DNA from: Protoeuglena noctilucae
Taxonomy: Eukaryota
DNA: 64,000 nt
Direction of reading: 5' to 3'
Assembly: GCA_958009085.1 (NCBI GenBank)
Contig: OY253668.1
Coordinates: forward strand, 620,001-684,000
In this document: positions 34,601-47,483 of the stretch, piece by piece
Layout: each line of letters starts with the position of its first letter
Position numbering within the stretch: position 1 is the first letter of the stretch
Program-made: the position numbers and the translations under genes
Notes under the pieces: generated by a model
The model's input: the letters and a program-made list of their open reading frames with translations, nothing else
Told to the model about the DNA's origin: nothing
The model's database searches: none

Positions 34601-36618
34601 GCTTACCTGAAAGAGCTGGTGCGTCGACTGTGTTTGATGCGCAGATGGCATGCATCTCTCGGCGCAATGCGGGACGTATGGCGGGGGTAGGTGCCGCCAA
34701 CCTGGTCACGACCCGCACGCGCCTGTATCCACACGAAAGTGCTACGTGCCTGTTGGCCAGCCATTTGCCATGCGTCCGCATTCCCGCAGGAGATCGTGGT
34801 GGACCCGTCGAACAGAGACCTGGCGACGGAGCAGCTCACGTACAAGATCGGGTCGTGGATGCGCCAGCTGCACAGTCTGATCGAACACGACCAAGAGGCG
34901 CTGGACAGCGAGGAAGAGACCCTCGCGAAGGTCCGCCAGCACCAACAGGAGGTTCTGGAGAAGGTGACGGCAGATGGAGCACGAACGGAACGTGCTGCGA
35001 GCGGCAGGCGACCAACGAGCCGGGGCCGGTTAGATAGGGTCCCCAAAGCTGACTCTTGCATTCCGTGGCCACTCGTGATGCATCACGCAGAGTCATGTCC
35101 GTCCCTTGCCCTGCGATCGCTGCAGATGCAAGGGCATGGGGACACGGTGCTGGGCAATGCCGCTTGCGTCCCGCTTCACAACCTGGAGCTCGACCGCCTG
35201 CTGACCAATTTCCGTGGCGTGGTGGTCGTTCCCTGGATCCCCCTCCGCGTGGACGAGGAGGCTTTGGAGGAGCAGGGCACCGGGGAGGCCAACGGCACCC
35301 AGCATGGGGACCCATCCATCCGGGGACAGGTGCGGGGGTGCAGGGGCGGGGTGATGGGACTGGTTGATTGGCGGGGTTGGTTGGGACTGATTCATGGGCG
35401 GGAATGGCGGGACCGCGGCAGTGACACAAGGGTGGGGGTGGCAGGCGGGGAGTGTAGCTGACCTGTCTCACTGTCTTGGCCCTTTTCTGCCCTTTACAGT
35501 TGGCACACGCTTCCCTCCCGGTGCAAGGCCACGCCCAGGACCTGCAAGTGGCGACGGGGATGCTGTCCCCGGGGGCCCACCCGGACGGCAAAGCCGACCC
35601 CGTCGCGTCGTATAAACTCGGACCGAGGCGCTCCGCACAACTGGTGAAACACGGCTTCGACTTCGCTCACCAAAGCCCACCCGCTGCCACTAGATATCGT
35701 CGATTCTCTGCATGTATGCCACCCTGCATGGCCAGCGTGTCTCAGCATTCGCGTCCCTCTGACTGCCGCACCCATGCCCGCCTCTCCCGCAGCTCAAGCG
35801 CCCGAGCCCCACGTCGCGCATGCTCATGGCTCGGTACGCCCAGGCGCCCCTGGAGAGGATCCCGTCAGACTCGGAGGCGGGCCACGCCCACCCCGACCTC
35901 TCTCGCGTCCCATCCAAGCCCCCGTCACGCGTGTCGTCCCAGGGCAGGCTGCAGAAGTCCTCGCGCGGGCTGGCGGTCGAGGTGCCCGAGGACAGCTGGC
36001 AGAACCAGCCGGCGACATCCAAGCAGCTCACGCGCGTCGACTCGAGAATCCGGCAGCAAGGTGAGGGCCGCTGCAATCGGGCATTGGTCGTCCTATCGAC
36101 GCCAAACGAGCCGTCGCTGCGTCCTCTCCGCCGCGCGTGCCGCATGGTGTGGGTCAGATGCGTGAGGCCTGTGCTGGCCCCCTGTGTGTGGGCCAGTCTT
36201 GCGTCGAGTGACCTTTGATCCCCTCCTCCCTCTGTCTCCCTCTGCAGGGCCGGGCCTCAGCTCCGCGCCGGGCATCATCCGCGATATGCTGCGCCCCGGC
36301 ACGCCCACCCTGACGCGTCGGACAAGCACGGGTCCCTGGGACGACAGCGACAGCGACGGGGCCGAGGGAGGGGTCATCGTGGGGCGACCGACCTGGGCGA
36401 CCGCGGATGCCGGCAGGGGCCCCGTGTCTCGCCGCGCCACGGTGGCGGAGGCGAGGCCGGCGCAGGGCACCGCTGACGTGGAGCTGGCCAGTCGGCAGGA
36501 CACGCCGACGTCGGCACCGGCCGTGCCGCTGTCGGCGAGTGACGACGAGAGGAACGGGCAGTCCCTGGACCTGGACGCTATGGAGAGGGGTCAGGCGGCG
36601 CTGCTGGGGAGGTCGTAG
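31693..36618 (+). CDS. CPA2-family cation/H+ antiporter with a long soluble C-terminal tail
   Basis: About 15 exons. TM motifs PPLIGWIIVGIVFGP, LAGEIGFWLLVLEAGLELD, PTSLAVT, AVAFDDILGL, IFFASTIAF and MMARGEYSFVIA. GC donors at 32216, 34019 and 34374. Start codon tentative. Confidence 0.87.
32746..32780 (+). repeat. Imperfect (CTGCCA)n hexamer repeat in an antiporter intron
   Basis: Sequence reads ctgccactgccactgccgctgccactgccactgcc. Confidence 0.85.
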
Positions 36619-37372
36619 CCCTCGTCGACGAAGGAGGGAAGGGCGCCCACGAGGCTCGCGAGCTCTGCGGGCCTCTCCACCTCAGAGGTTGGGGTGGCTG
36701 TCCGTGGTACTGAGGGGCTTGGAGAGGGGAGGTTCGGGGCCGCGACTCCCGACTCCGCGACTCCCAAGTCGGGGTGAGGGCACGCCCCACCTGGGCGGAA
36801 CGTGGTGTGACGCCGAACTGCGCAGTGACTTGTTGGCTGGGCTGTGAGATGAGACGCGGTGGGCCTGGCGCGCAGGTCGGTTTCGGAGCGGACACGCCGA
36901 GAGGGGAAGAGCGCTGCGGGCAACACGGCTGCGACGGAGAGCGGGGATGCCGCATCCTAGCAAAGACCGCCACAGGTGGCACCATCCAGAAGGGCGCCTT
37001 TCCTGCGCCGTCATTGATAACGTGACCGCGAGCGCGGCTCACTGCAGCTGCGAAGCCAGAGATCTCGTCACCCCTTACCACCCGCCTTATAGCTTAAAAC
37101 GCCACGCCCATTGCGCGTGGGTCCTACCCTCGGGCGAAGCCAAAGGCCTGCGCCTTGCGAGACGCTGACTGATGCTCCGCGGCGCCGATATCGAACATGA
37201 GGACTAGAGGGGCACGGGACTATCAGCAAGCCGGCTATCTTGTCTGATACCATCAGCAAACCGGTTATCTCGTGTCGAGCACAGACTAGGATTGGGCAGG
37301 GAGGAATATGCCGCAGCGTTGCCGCGCATAGAATCTCCCACAGCATTAACCACGACAACGGCACAACGCAGG

Positions 37373-39076
37373 TCACAACAAAGAGGTGCGGACGCGCTTG
37401 GCAGCTTGAAAGAAGCTCCCCACGACGTCCTGCTCATCCACCTGCTGCGACACAAAGTGCTGGCCCACCAGCTCTGCCAGCTCCTCCTTCGTCTGCCCTT
37501 CCTGTGGACGGGGGCTGATGGCAGGCGCTCTGCTCCCCAGCCGTATCAGGGTGGAGCCTCGGCTCGCACCCCGGCCTGGCTGACACCAACACATGGGCGC
37601 TGAGTGACTCGACTCTTTGCAAGGCAGCATGGAGATCATGCACTTCGGCGCTCCTCACCTTCGAGACAGCGAGCTTATGGAATTCCTGGTACTTTCGCAG
37701 TGCCGCCAGGTCGAGTTTCAGGAAGTTGACGCGCGTGGCAGGCTTCCCATAGTGGTTGCTAATCAGGCGCGCCATGGCCTGTTGCTGCGGGCAGGGACCG
37801 CAGCGGACCTGGTCAGTAGGTCGAACAGGCACCGCCCAGGGTGCTGCGTGGTCCGTGGGCAGCACGCTCACCATGGCACCATTGTCGGGGACGGGCGTGA
37901 CGTACGGGGAGAGGTGGACTCTTCGTGCCCGCGTCCGGCATGACCCCGTGCCGTTCCCATTAGCAGCATGTCCCACGGCCTGCGACGAGACGGGGTTGGC
38001 GATTGCATAGGGAGCGACCCTGCAGCACGGTGTCGGGGAATCGTGCTGTGCCGGCACCCACCTGCTGGTTCTGCAGCAGGAGGGTCTTGTTCTCATCCTC
38101 GGATGTATCCGGGTCTACAGTTGCCGGAACAGCAATCACAGACAAAGCGTTCCGTTGCAGCTTGACCTCTTCTCCCGACTCCAGCACCTGCGGGCATCAA
38201 TGCAGGCGCCATGCATCAGCGTCCTGACAGGGAAGCAACCGCAAGGGGGTTTTTAACCCGTCAACCATGCATGCGGGAGCCAAGGCCAAGTGGTTAGAGA
38301 AAGGAGCCCAGAGAGGGGAGCACCATGAAGGCAACGTTGCGAAGCCTGAGATATTCGCAGCCACGCATCGCGGGACCGACGCCCCGGCATCCAGCCGACA
38401 AGCATTAGACAACGTAGCCACGCAATCGAAGTGGGACACGCCAGATGGCCGAGCCCTCCGAGGGGAAAGGGTTGACAACATCGCCAAAAGACCCCGCGTG
38501 GGCACAGAAACTCCCCGCCTCTGCACCGATGGAAAGGAATGAAAGCGCGATTTGCATCCCAATGGGTCATGGGAGGTTGATACAGATCCCTCGACGCGTT
38601 CAATGGGTGCCCAGGGCAGACCCGTTTTCGGCGTGGGGAGGGCGCCTGGCGTCGAAAAGAGATACCAACCGCGGTGTATTCACCGCGTGGCATCTGTGGC
38701 CGGCGAATGGAACTCGGGGAAGGGAGGGCCGGGGAGGGCGGGAGGGGCACCAATGCGACCAAACTTTCGGCTCCCGCGTGCACGGGGGCATCCACGCGAG
38801 GCTGCACGCGCCTCACCATTCGCGATTCAGCCAATCGAACGCGGGCACGCATGTGCTCACCAGCCAATGCCACCCGCCGAGGCCGATGGCCTTCTTCACG
38901 GTTCCCGCCATCCCGACGAGCGCCGGCTTGGTCCTGCTGTTGCCCGTCACAGTTACTTTTGTGCCTTTCGGCAACAATATCATCCCCGGCACGCCATCCT
39001 CCACCGACTGCGGCCCCAGCGTCTCGTCCGCTAACAACGCGGGCTCCCGGACCAGGCCGACCTGGTCCGCGTGCAT
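37373..39076 (-). CDS. SAP30-function-related (AFR1/2-like) histone deacetylase complex subunit
   Basis: Exons 39076-38861, 38187-38062, 37979-37872, ~37784-37659 and 37501-37373. Motif LPKGTKVTVTGNSRTK..VKKAIGLGGWHWL|VLESGEEVKLQRNALSV, and C-terminal Sin3-binding region VNFLKLDLAALRKY..KEELAELVGQHFVSQQVDEQDVVGSF. Confidence 0.9.
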
Positions 39077-39452
39077 TCCGCCCCGCAAAACGCGCACTGG
39101 AGCTCAGTCCCGCTCCATGCGCGACGCGGGTGCGCACGCCGCGCGGGCCCGGCCGTGGTCCCAGTCCCGCGTTGCCACACCGACAGCGACAGGCACACCG
39201 TGAGACACAGACTGAGTTAAGAAACAAGCTGACCAGCAAGTTCTTATTATGGACGCTTTGGCTAAATATAGCGCTGCTCAGAAGCTGAGAAGGGCAGGCT
39301 CTGGTTTGCCCGGCACGCCCAGGACTGGCATTTTTTCCTCGTCTGACGCCGCAAAAGACCGCTTTCCCCTCCCCGCCTTCTGAAGTGACTTGCATCGTCA
39401 GCAAAAGTAGCTCCTCCAGCTCCGGGATCGTTTACTTGCGGAGTCAGCTGGG

Positions 39453-40094
39453 ATGGAGTGCCCCCGTCCGCGCGTAGGGCTGGGAGTGTTTGTCCTGCAT
39501 CCAGACGGTGCTGCGCTATGCCGGACACTGTTGCCCCGATTCCTCGCGCTGGGTGCACGTCCAGTCATTACCGCGCTTGGGATGACGCACCGCCACCTTC
39601 GTGCGCCTCGCTGCGCAGGGCAGCGAATCCTCGTGGGGAAACGAAAAGGCAGCGACGGCCACGGGGAGTGGGCCCTGCCCGGTGGCCACCTCGAGTTCGG
39701 CGAGAGCTTTGAGGAGTGCGCGGCGCGTGAGGTCCTGGAGGAGACGGGGCTCCACGTGCGTGACGCCCAGCACGTGGCTACCGAAAACGTCGTGATCCGA
39801 GAGCGGGCGTACCACTACGTCGTGATCTTCATGCGCGCGGTCCTCAGCGACCCAGCCCAGCAGCCACGCAACTGCGAGCCCGACAAGTGCGAGGTGAGTT
39901 TCAGCACCTAACTGCAAATGGCACGTGGCGAGGCCAGCCTGGAGCGGTGCTGGAGATCTGTGTGTCTCCAGTCGCAGGGGTGGGAGTGGATGCGACCAGG
40001 AGAGGTCCCCGAGCCCATCTTCACGCCTCTCCGGGCCGTCGTGAGAGAGCATGGGTACGACCCCACCGCTCGGCCACCCGGGCCACCGGCATGA
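39453..40094 (+). CDS. Nudix hydrolase (NUDT15/AtNUDX1-like)
   Basis: PRVGLGVFV, Nudix box PGGHLEFGESFEECAAREVLEETGL, HYVVIFM and EPDKCE|GWEW; two introns. Confidence 0.93.
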
Positions 40095-40172
40095 GAGTTC
40101 GCCGCTTGCTTTTGACTTCATCTGCTACGATCAAGAACCTACGAGTTACGCGACAAGGCCACTGCTGTGGCC

Positions 40173-43100
40173 TCACGGCTGTTGGGCCAGAAGCGCGCGC
40201 GTCTCCTGCCTACATTGACGGATCTTCTCTACTAATGCTTCCAAATCACCCTGCCCCGCTGCCGGGGGCGCCTCGGGAGGCGCAAGCCGAGAGGGCGCAT
40301 GCGATGCCCCACTGGCCGCAGCACGTGCGCCGTGTGAGGTATCGCCAGCCACGCCGTGACATGCAGCCCCCCTGCCCTGTGAAGCGCCACCCTGCATCGC
40401 GTCGTCGCGCAACTGGCGCTCAGCCCACTCTCTCCCGGTCCCCACACCGCGGGGCTCCTCCCCAGATCCCCCGGCTGCCGCACCGACCCACGGGGCCCCA
40501 CCACACGCGCCTGCAGCCGCGCTGCGGATCGGTAAGCGGAGCGTCAGAGAGGCTCCGCCGAGCCCCACAGCACGGTACACGATCTCCTCTTCGACCGGGC
40601 CCACGTCTCCCCACGAAGGTGGCCCCGCCAGGCCTCTCCTCGTGGTCGCGAAATGCGACGGTGCAGGGCTCGGTCCCGCCGCTGACGTGTCCTCGGGTGT
40701 CGGCGAGCGTGCGCCTCCTACGCTCGCGGTCACGACGCCGTGTGACTCCTGCGTCCCATGCGCCCCTTGCACCTCCCTCGCCATCGCCCTTGCGCCGACC
40801 TCAGCGCCTCCTGGAGGCCCCATCTCGTCTTCCGTTGCCTGCACGCCCACGCTAGCCCTCTGCGCGCCACCTGCGGACGTCCCTGGCGCCGCCGACTCAT
40901 CGGCAGGAGCGCCCTCGCTTAGTTGCACCCCTGGCACACCCGATGCTGCTGTGCCCCGACCCTCCGCCCCGGAGCTCCCCACTGCCGCGTCGACGCCTAA
41001 CTGGCTGGAACGATCCCCGGGCCCTTCGGGGCCCCCGCCCCATGCCTCTCGCGGCGCGGCGCGGTCGCCGGTGCGGGCGTCGACGTGGCTCAACACGAGA
41101 CAATCCACCTCAGCATCGGCACCACCATCACCCAGGGCGCCCGTTGCTGAAACAGAGGGCTTTGGCAGGCCCGCGGGCTCGTCTGCCAGCGACGCAGCGT
41201 CGGAGCTGGTCTCGTTCAGGGGGGCCTGGGCGAGGCCGGCCGACGTCTCTTCCAACAGTGCCGTCGTTGCGGCCGTCACAGCCGCCCCTGCCGCTGTACC
41301 CCCCGTTGCGGCGGACTCGAGCGCCGGCAGCGCCGCGACGAGCGCGCCTTGCAGCTGCACGCCCACCGTCGCCAGCGCCACGACACCGGGCACAGCGCCG
41401 GCGGGGAGAGGGCCCGACCCCACGGCAGGCGCCAGGGCGGCCTCGGTCGCGGCCCCCAGGATGCACACGGCCGCGTGGCCGGCCGCCGCCTCGCCGGCCG
41501 CTCCCAGGAAATGCGCGGTGGCCTGCGCCGTCTGGCTGATGGGCGTCAGGATGACTGGGACGGCACCTCCTCGTGACCCCGCCGACCCCACCCTCGCCAC
41601 GCCCCAGGCGCTCCCCAGGCCTGGCCTCCCCGACACCAGGCGGCCTCGCGGCGAGTCAATGAGTTCCCGCGCCACGAGCTCCTCGAGGAAATCTTCGCCG
41701 GACTTTTCCATGTTCAGTTCGAAACCCTGCAAGGGAGCAGGGGCGTGCGAGAGAGTCGAACTCGGTTTATTTCAGGATCATGGGCGACTTGCTGGGAGTC
41801 AGAAACACACAATTGGTCGTAAGATGCATGTTGGAGTTTAAAGACCCTTGGCTCCCAATGACAGGCGCGAGAGCGAGCCAAGGACCCTCGTCCCTCCGCG
41901 CGCAATGGACATGGGCTTTGACACTCGCACCGTCCCAACCCCTCCGGCGCATCTCACCTCGCGCGCGAACCCGCCCGGCCCCGGCCGCTGCGCCTGCCCC
42001 GCTGCCACCATCGCATCCACAATGTTTAGGTGCAGGGCCATGTCATACGAATCCTCCCGACCGCTCCCACGGCCCCGCTCCTCCTCGGAGTCGCTAGCAT
42101 GAGCCGCGAGGGCCACTGCAGCGTCCGCGCCGCGCCCACCCGCACCCCTGCCCGCGTTCCCTGGCGCCCGGGGCAGCGAAATGATCGTCGTCGCAGGCCG
42201 TGGGCCCTGCACAGGGCCCTGCGCTCGCCTCTCGCGCCGCTCGGCCGACCCCGGCTCCTCCCACGTCATCACGCGCAGCGCGCCCCACTTGGCAGCGATG
42301 GCGGAGGAGGCGCGGCCGACGGGAGCCACGCTGCCACCGACGTTGCTGCTGCCGATGCCAGTGCCACCGCCAGCCCCCGCTGCCTCCACGGCTGCTGACG
42401 TCCCCTGGCTCAGAGCGGGTGCCGGAGGACCCCCACTCAGCTCGGGCAGCCCCGATGCCGTCACGACCCCAGCGCTGCCCTCTACCCTGGCACCGGCAGT
42501 GGCCTGGCGATGGGGGGAACCGCTTGACCCGGCCTCGCCACCCGGCGTCTCTTTCCATCCGCTAAACGACACGGTGCCGCGTCGGCGGTGTCTGGGATCA
42601 GCGCTGTGCACTGCGCCACCCTCTGCGCCCTCTCGCGCCCCTGCACCCTCGCCTGGGCTCAGTTCAGAGCCGTGCGCCGCTGCCGCGTGCGCGCTCGGCA
42701 CCCCAGGCGCCCCAGTGCGTCCCTCCGCGCCTCCCACATCCCCACCGCTGCCATTCCCTGAACTGCCAACCTCCCCACCAGTCCCATCCCCCACGCCCGC
42801 CCCGCCAGGAGACTCGTCCCAGTCGTCCCACTCCTCAGCGCCCTCTATCCCCGCCTCCTCCGGAGACAGCAGCATGGCATCCCCAGCCGCCTCGCCACCC
42901 ACCGCCACCCCACACTGCCCCGCTGTCTCCGCACCCTCGCCCGGCCCCACCGCGACCCTGGCGCTGACCTGGTCCCACGGAGCGCCCAAGGTCCCCGCCG
43001 CGCCGCCCCCCGCCTGCCACCCGCCCCCCAGCTGCCCGCTCGCCAGCTCATCGTCCCCGCCGCTCAGATCCAGCACCTCTTCCGTCGCCAGAAACGCCAG

Positions 43101-46100
43101 CCCCTCCTCGGCGTCCAAATTGCACTCGGCCCCGTACCCATCCGCCATGCCAGCCATAGGCGATCTGGGGAACGCAATCTGGGCGTCTGAGCCATGCTGC
43201 CCATCCACATCGGACGCACCGACCTCTGCACCGGGATCGGCAGCGCCGGGCAATCGCGGGACAGACCCAAGGCCCTCTCCAATGGAGGCGACCCTGGGGA
43301 ACGCGTCGTCGGGGTCCATCGGCGCGTAAGACTCCCCATGGGCCCCACCCGCACCCGTCTCCCCTCCCCTCACGATCAGCCGCGCCCCAGCGGGCGAGTC
43401 GCCACCCACGCCGCCGTCGGGCCGTGGGGGCCGCACCCACCCCGGGCTCGCTCTGCTCATGTCCCTGAGCGAAGGAGCGGATGCCAGCCCCCATCTCTCC
43501 GCAGGCTCCGACCCAGGCGCCCCGTCTCTGTCCCGCTGTTGCTCGTCATCATTACTAGCCACTCCACTTCCCTTCTCCGCCTCCGCAGGCAGCCCCCGCC
43601 CACCCTCGCCCGCACCCGTCTCCTCCCTTCCATCGCTAACCCGCCCCACATCGGCGCCGCCCACCCCCCGCTGAGCATCGCCCTTCGCCGCCATCGCCCG
43701 TTCACCGTGAGCAGTCCCGGCCCCAGCCTGCTCTCCCTCTCCATCCGCGGCCTCTGCCATGATCGGCGCCCCATCGACGTCGCCGCCCTCATAGGCCAGG
43801 AACAGATTGACCTCGTCCCAGTCGCCATCGATGTCATCCATGGCCCCTGCAGACGCCCCGTGCACCAGACCCGCGGCGTGACCATCGGCATGGGCGAGTC
43901 GCGAGATGGGCCCCGTCGGGTCATCGAAGTCCCCCGCATCTCTCTGAGCCCCAAAGGACTTAGAGTCACGTAATACACTGCGGGGGACGAGGCGAGAGGC
44001 CGAGAGATGCAGCTACCCCTGCATCTAAGCTCACTGCCGCTGCCAGCGCATGTGCGGCGAGGGCAGCGCCATGCCGGCGGCTCATCGCGACACGTGTACT
44101 GTAGGTTAAAGCCCCCACGATGTCCCTCACCTCTCCCATGTGTCGAGACTCTGGAAGACGAATAAGTCATCGCCGGACGCGCTGTCTCCCTCCAGCACCA
44201 CCACGTCCGCATCAGAGGCGGAGTCCACTCCCGTCCCCGACACGCTCGCCCCGCAGCTCTCCACGGACCCCCCCGTCACGCCCAGGCCAGTCTCTGGGAC
44301 CGCATCAGGCGCCTTGCGTGGTGAGGCCGCGTCTCTGTCGCCACACTCCGCGACACTCCCAGCCGCGCCCTCTTTGCTGCGCTCCCCGCCCATCCCCCCG
44401 CCACGCCCTTCGCCACCCCTTATGCCATCATCGGCAGACGCGCCAAGCCCACCGCCCACTGCCGCCTGGACCCCACCTCCCTCGCCCTCTGCTCTTGCGT
44501 CAGCCGCCATGCTCCCCCCTTCACCAGTCACCTCCTGTCCCCCATCCCCCCCATCCCCTCTCAGTGCCGCTGCCTGATCCTGCTCTCCCTCACGCCCACC
44601 CTCCTCATCCATGCACGGATCAGTGACTAAAACCTGCTCCATGCTCGCCCCCAGCGCCGCTTGCCCCTCACCCTCCTCCGCCACTCCACCCTCCGCAGCC
44701 CCCGCACCACCCTCTGCAACCCCCTCGCCATCCTTGCTTAGGCTCTCCAGCCGTACCCGCCACGCCCGCCGCCGTCGCCTCCATGTCTCGAGGATGTCCT
44801 CCCCACGCGCCCCCGCCATCTCTTCCGACCTCCGCAGTATCTCCTGCACCTGCCGCCGAATGCTCTCGGGCGCTCCCAGCACAGAGGCCCACCCAGGCTG
44901 ATCCTCCTCGCCATCCTGCGCATCCTCCCCACCAACTGCCCCCCCGCCCTCCCCATCCCTCAGACCGTCGCCCTGCGCCCCCGCTCCCGACATCTTCTCC
45001 TCCTCTTGCCCCGTCCCGGGCCCCTCAGCCTCCCCCGCTCCCGGCAACTCCCGCAAGCCCACGGCCTCCGAACGCGCAACCACCCCGGCACTCGCCCTTT
45101 CCAATCCAACCTCCGTCCCTGCAGCAGAGGTGGCTTCAGCCCCCAGAGCCTGAGCCTCCACTCCTCGTCGCTGGGACCGGGGCAGCGGGGGGCTCTCCTT
45201 AAACCTCCGGATCAGCGCTGCCACAGGGACGGCGGGAGCCACCGAGGCGGCCTGTGTCGGGATGGTCGCGTCAGGGGCCGTGCCCTCGCCAACTGCTTCA
45301 GACGAACCCAACGCCACCTCCCTCGCACCCTCGGCGCCTGCGCTTGCGTCCTCAACCGCTACATCAGCTGCCGCAGGCGCCATGTCTGGACTGCCCTGGC
45401 CCGGCACCGCCGCTGCGGTTGGGACATGCGCCACTGGCGACGAGGCCGGCCCCGCCATCGCAGAGTTGGCTCCAATCATGTCCTCGCTGCCCGTCGCCGC
45501 TCGGATCATGCGTTGCACCCTCTCCACCAACACACGAGGGTCCGCCAGCCCAGGCACCTGCGTCGGGAACCGAAGGGCCATTCCATGCCCTTGCCGCAGC
45601 ATCCTCACAACAGTGACAGCAGCAGTACATGTGAGACAACAAAACGTCGTAGAGCAGCTTCGCTAGCATCACACCACGCCCCGTATCTCTCTACGCCCCC
45701 CGCCAACCAAAAGCACACCCCCACTCACCGACACCTCCGGCATCATCTCTAACAGACTCCCGACGCGTTGCCGCAGGTCGCCCTGGCCCAGGGGCCCCTC
45801 CGCAGCCTCCATGTTCCGCCTGGGCTTGGCTTTGGGGCCCGCAGCAGGCGCCGTGTGGGGCCTGGTCACGACTGCGAGGGCCGGCACGCGCGGTGGGCCC
45901 CGCACAACCCGCGCCGCCTCCTCTGCCGCAGCCTCCTGCCGCGCCACGGACTCCTTTCGATGCTTGAGCCGGAGCAGCCTGCAGTCACGGAGAAGAGGAG
46001 AGTTTCAATCAAGAGGGCCTCGAGCAGTGCAACACGCATAGCCCAGCAGGCGCGGCAAGACTAGCACATATACAGAATCCAAGCAGCCGCACAAAAGCGC

Positions 46101-46898
46101 GCGAGTGAGACGGAGGTGGGGCCAGGCAGGACGCACCGCAGGCGCCGCCGTTCGGCCTGAGCGTCAGCGGGAGTGGCCTCTCTGCCAGCCGGCACCCACG
46201 CCCCGAGCGGACGTTTCTTGACCGGCGACGCTGCGGGCATCGGCACAGGGCGGCGATCCTGCCGGTGCGAGGGCAGCGGAGTGGACGGGGCTGCCAGCCC
46301 ACAGCGGCTTTTCGTGCTGTCGGGGCGACCCTGCCCCGCCTCGGCTCACTGATAGCAGCCCGGACGGGCACTCCTCCGGCCAGCTCGACGGTGTTCCGCA
46401 GCATCTCTCGGATCTCCTCCGTGCTGTGCGCAGGTGGGTGCAGCGTGCCGCCCAATGACACCGGCCCGAAGTCCCGGCGCTCCCACACCCGCCGCAGCTC
46501 GTCCCCCGCGGTCGAGCCCACCTCCGGAGGGACGTCGCCCGCAACCTTCGGGGCCCTCGCCTTTCTCTGCAGGGACGCGGATGGAGCTGTGTCCTGCCCT
46601 GATTGCTGCGCACGGCAAGCGCATAGGCTCCGCCCACCGAGGGTCGAATCCAACGACTCGGGCTAAAAGGGCAGGCTATCGGTTGATAGTGCACAGTCGC
46701 GGCGCTGCAGCCACGCCTCGCGAGGCCCTCGGGCTCGGGGAGCGAACCCCGGGGACCTCGGGCGACGCAGGGACTCACCGTGGGCGCGGGTCCCGGAGGC
46801 GGGTCCTTAGCTCGACTCGATTTGGCGCCTTTGCTGGATCCTCGGAAGGATGGCGGGGGCTGGGCCCACGCCCCATCCACCTTCGTCTCCCACTGCAT
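40173..46898 (-). CDS. Large low-complexity (Gly/Ala/Glu-rich) protein with PROSER3-like motifs
   Basis: Long ORFs 45558-44131, 43977-41957 and ~41727-40173 join through GT-AG introns. Probable start MQWETK at 46898. Short motifs ALIRRFKESPPLPRSQR and EDILETWRRRRR. The junction near 46350-46259 is unresolved. Confidence 0.6.
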
Positions 46899-47483
46899 TT
46901 GCACGCCCAAGTCCCGTCCAGCGCCGGCGCCAGGCGCACAAGGTCCGCGCAGCCTGAGGTGGTACTTCGGATACTCCGCTACACGACCGACAAGTCTTAG
47001 ACCCGTTCGCGGCAGGTGCAGCGAGCATCCACAGCCACGGGCCCGCAAGCTTCCGCGACCAGACCCGCCGTGGGGGGGCCGCTATCGGGCGACGACATCG
47101 TGCGTGGGAATGTCAATATTGAGGCGGAGGGGTAAGGGACACGACTTGTTTGCGGGATTCCGCGTGACGCCGTTTCCCGGCACTGCGTTTGAAACGCCGC
47201 CCTTTGAGAGGCCTCGCGCAAAGGGCTTATGTGCCCCTCGCACGTGATGTGGAGCAGAGATAGGTGCAGCGCGTGACCCAGCACACTGGCAATTCCACAA
47301 ACCAGACTTTATGATTTATAACTTGGTCACCCCCGCCTCCTAGTCTGCCTCTTTGATCTCCCAGAGCTTTTGGATTCCAGCGTGACCACGTGGCGCCTAT
47401 CGAAGACCGGGTAGCTTCGAATTCCATCGATGGTCGAGCGGGGAGACGGCCTCGCGATGCTTTGTTAGCCACGCTTTTTTGGG

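Noticed and set aside
23300..47195. TTTGAA (CHR-like) elements near the cyclin and orphan genes
   Set aside because: The hexamer also occurs in many unrelated coding and intronic positions in the window, so no enrichment is evident.
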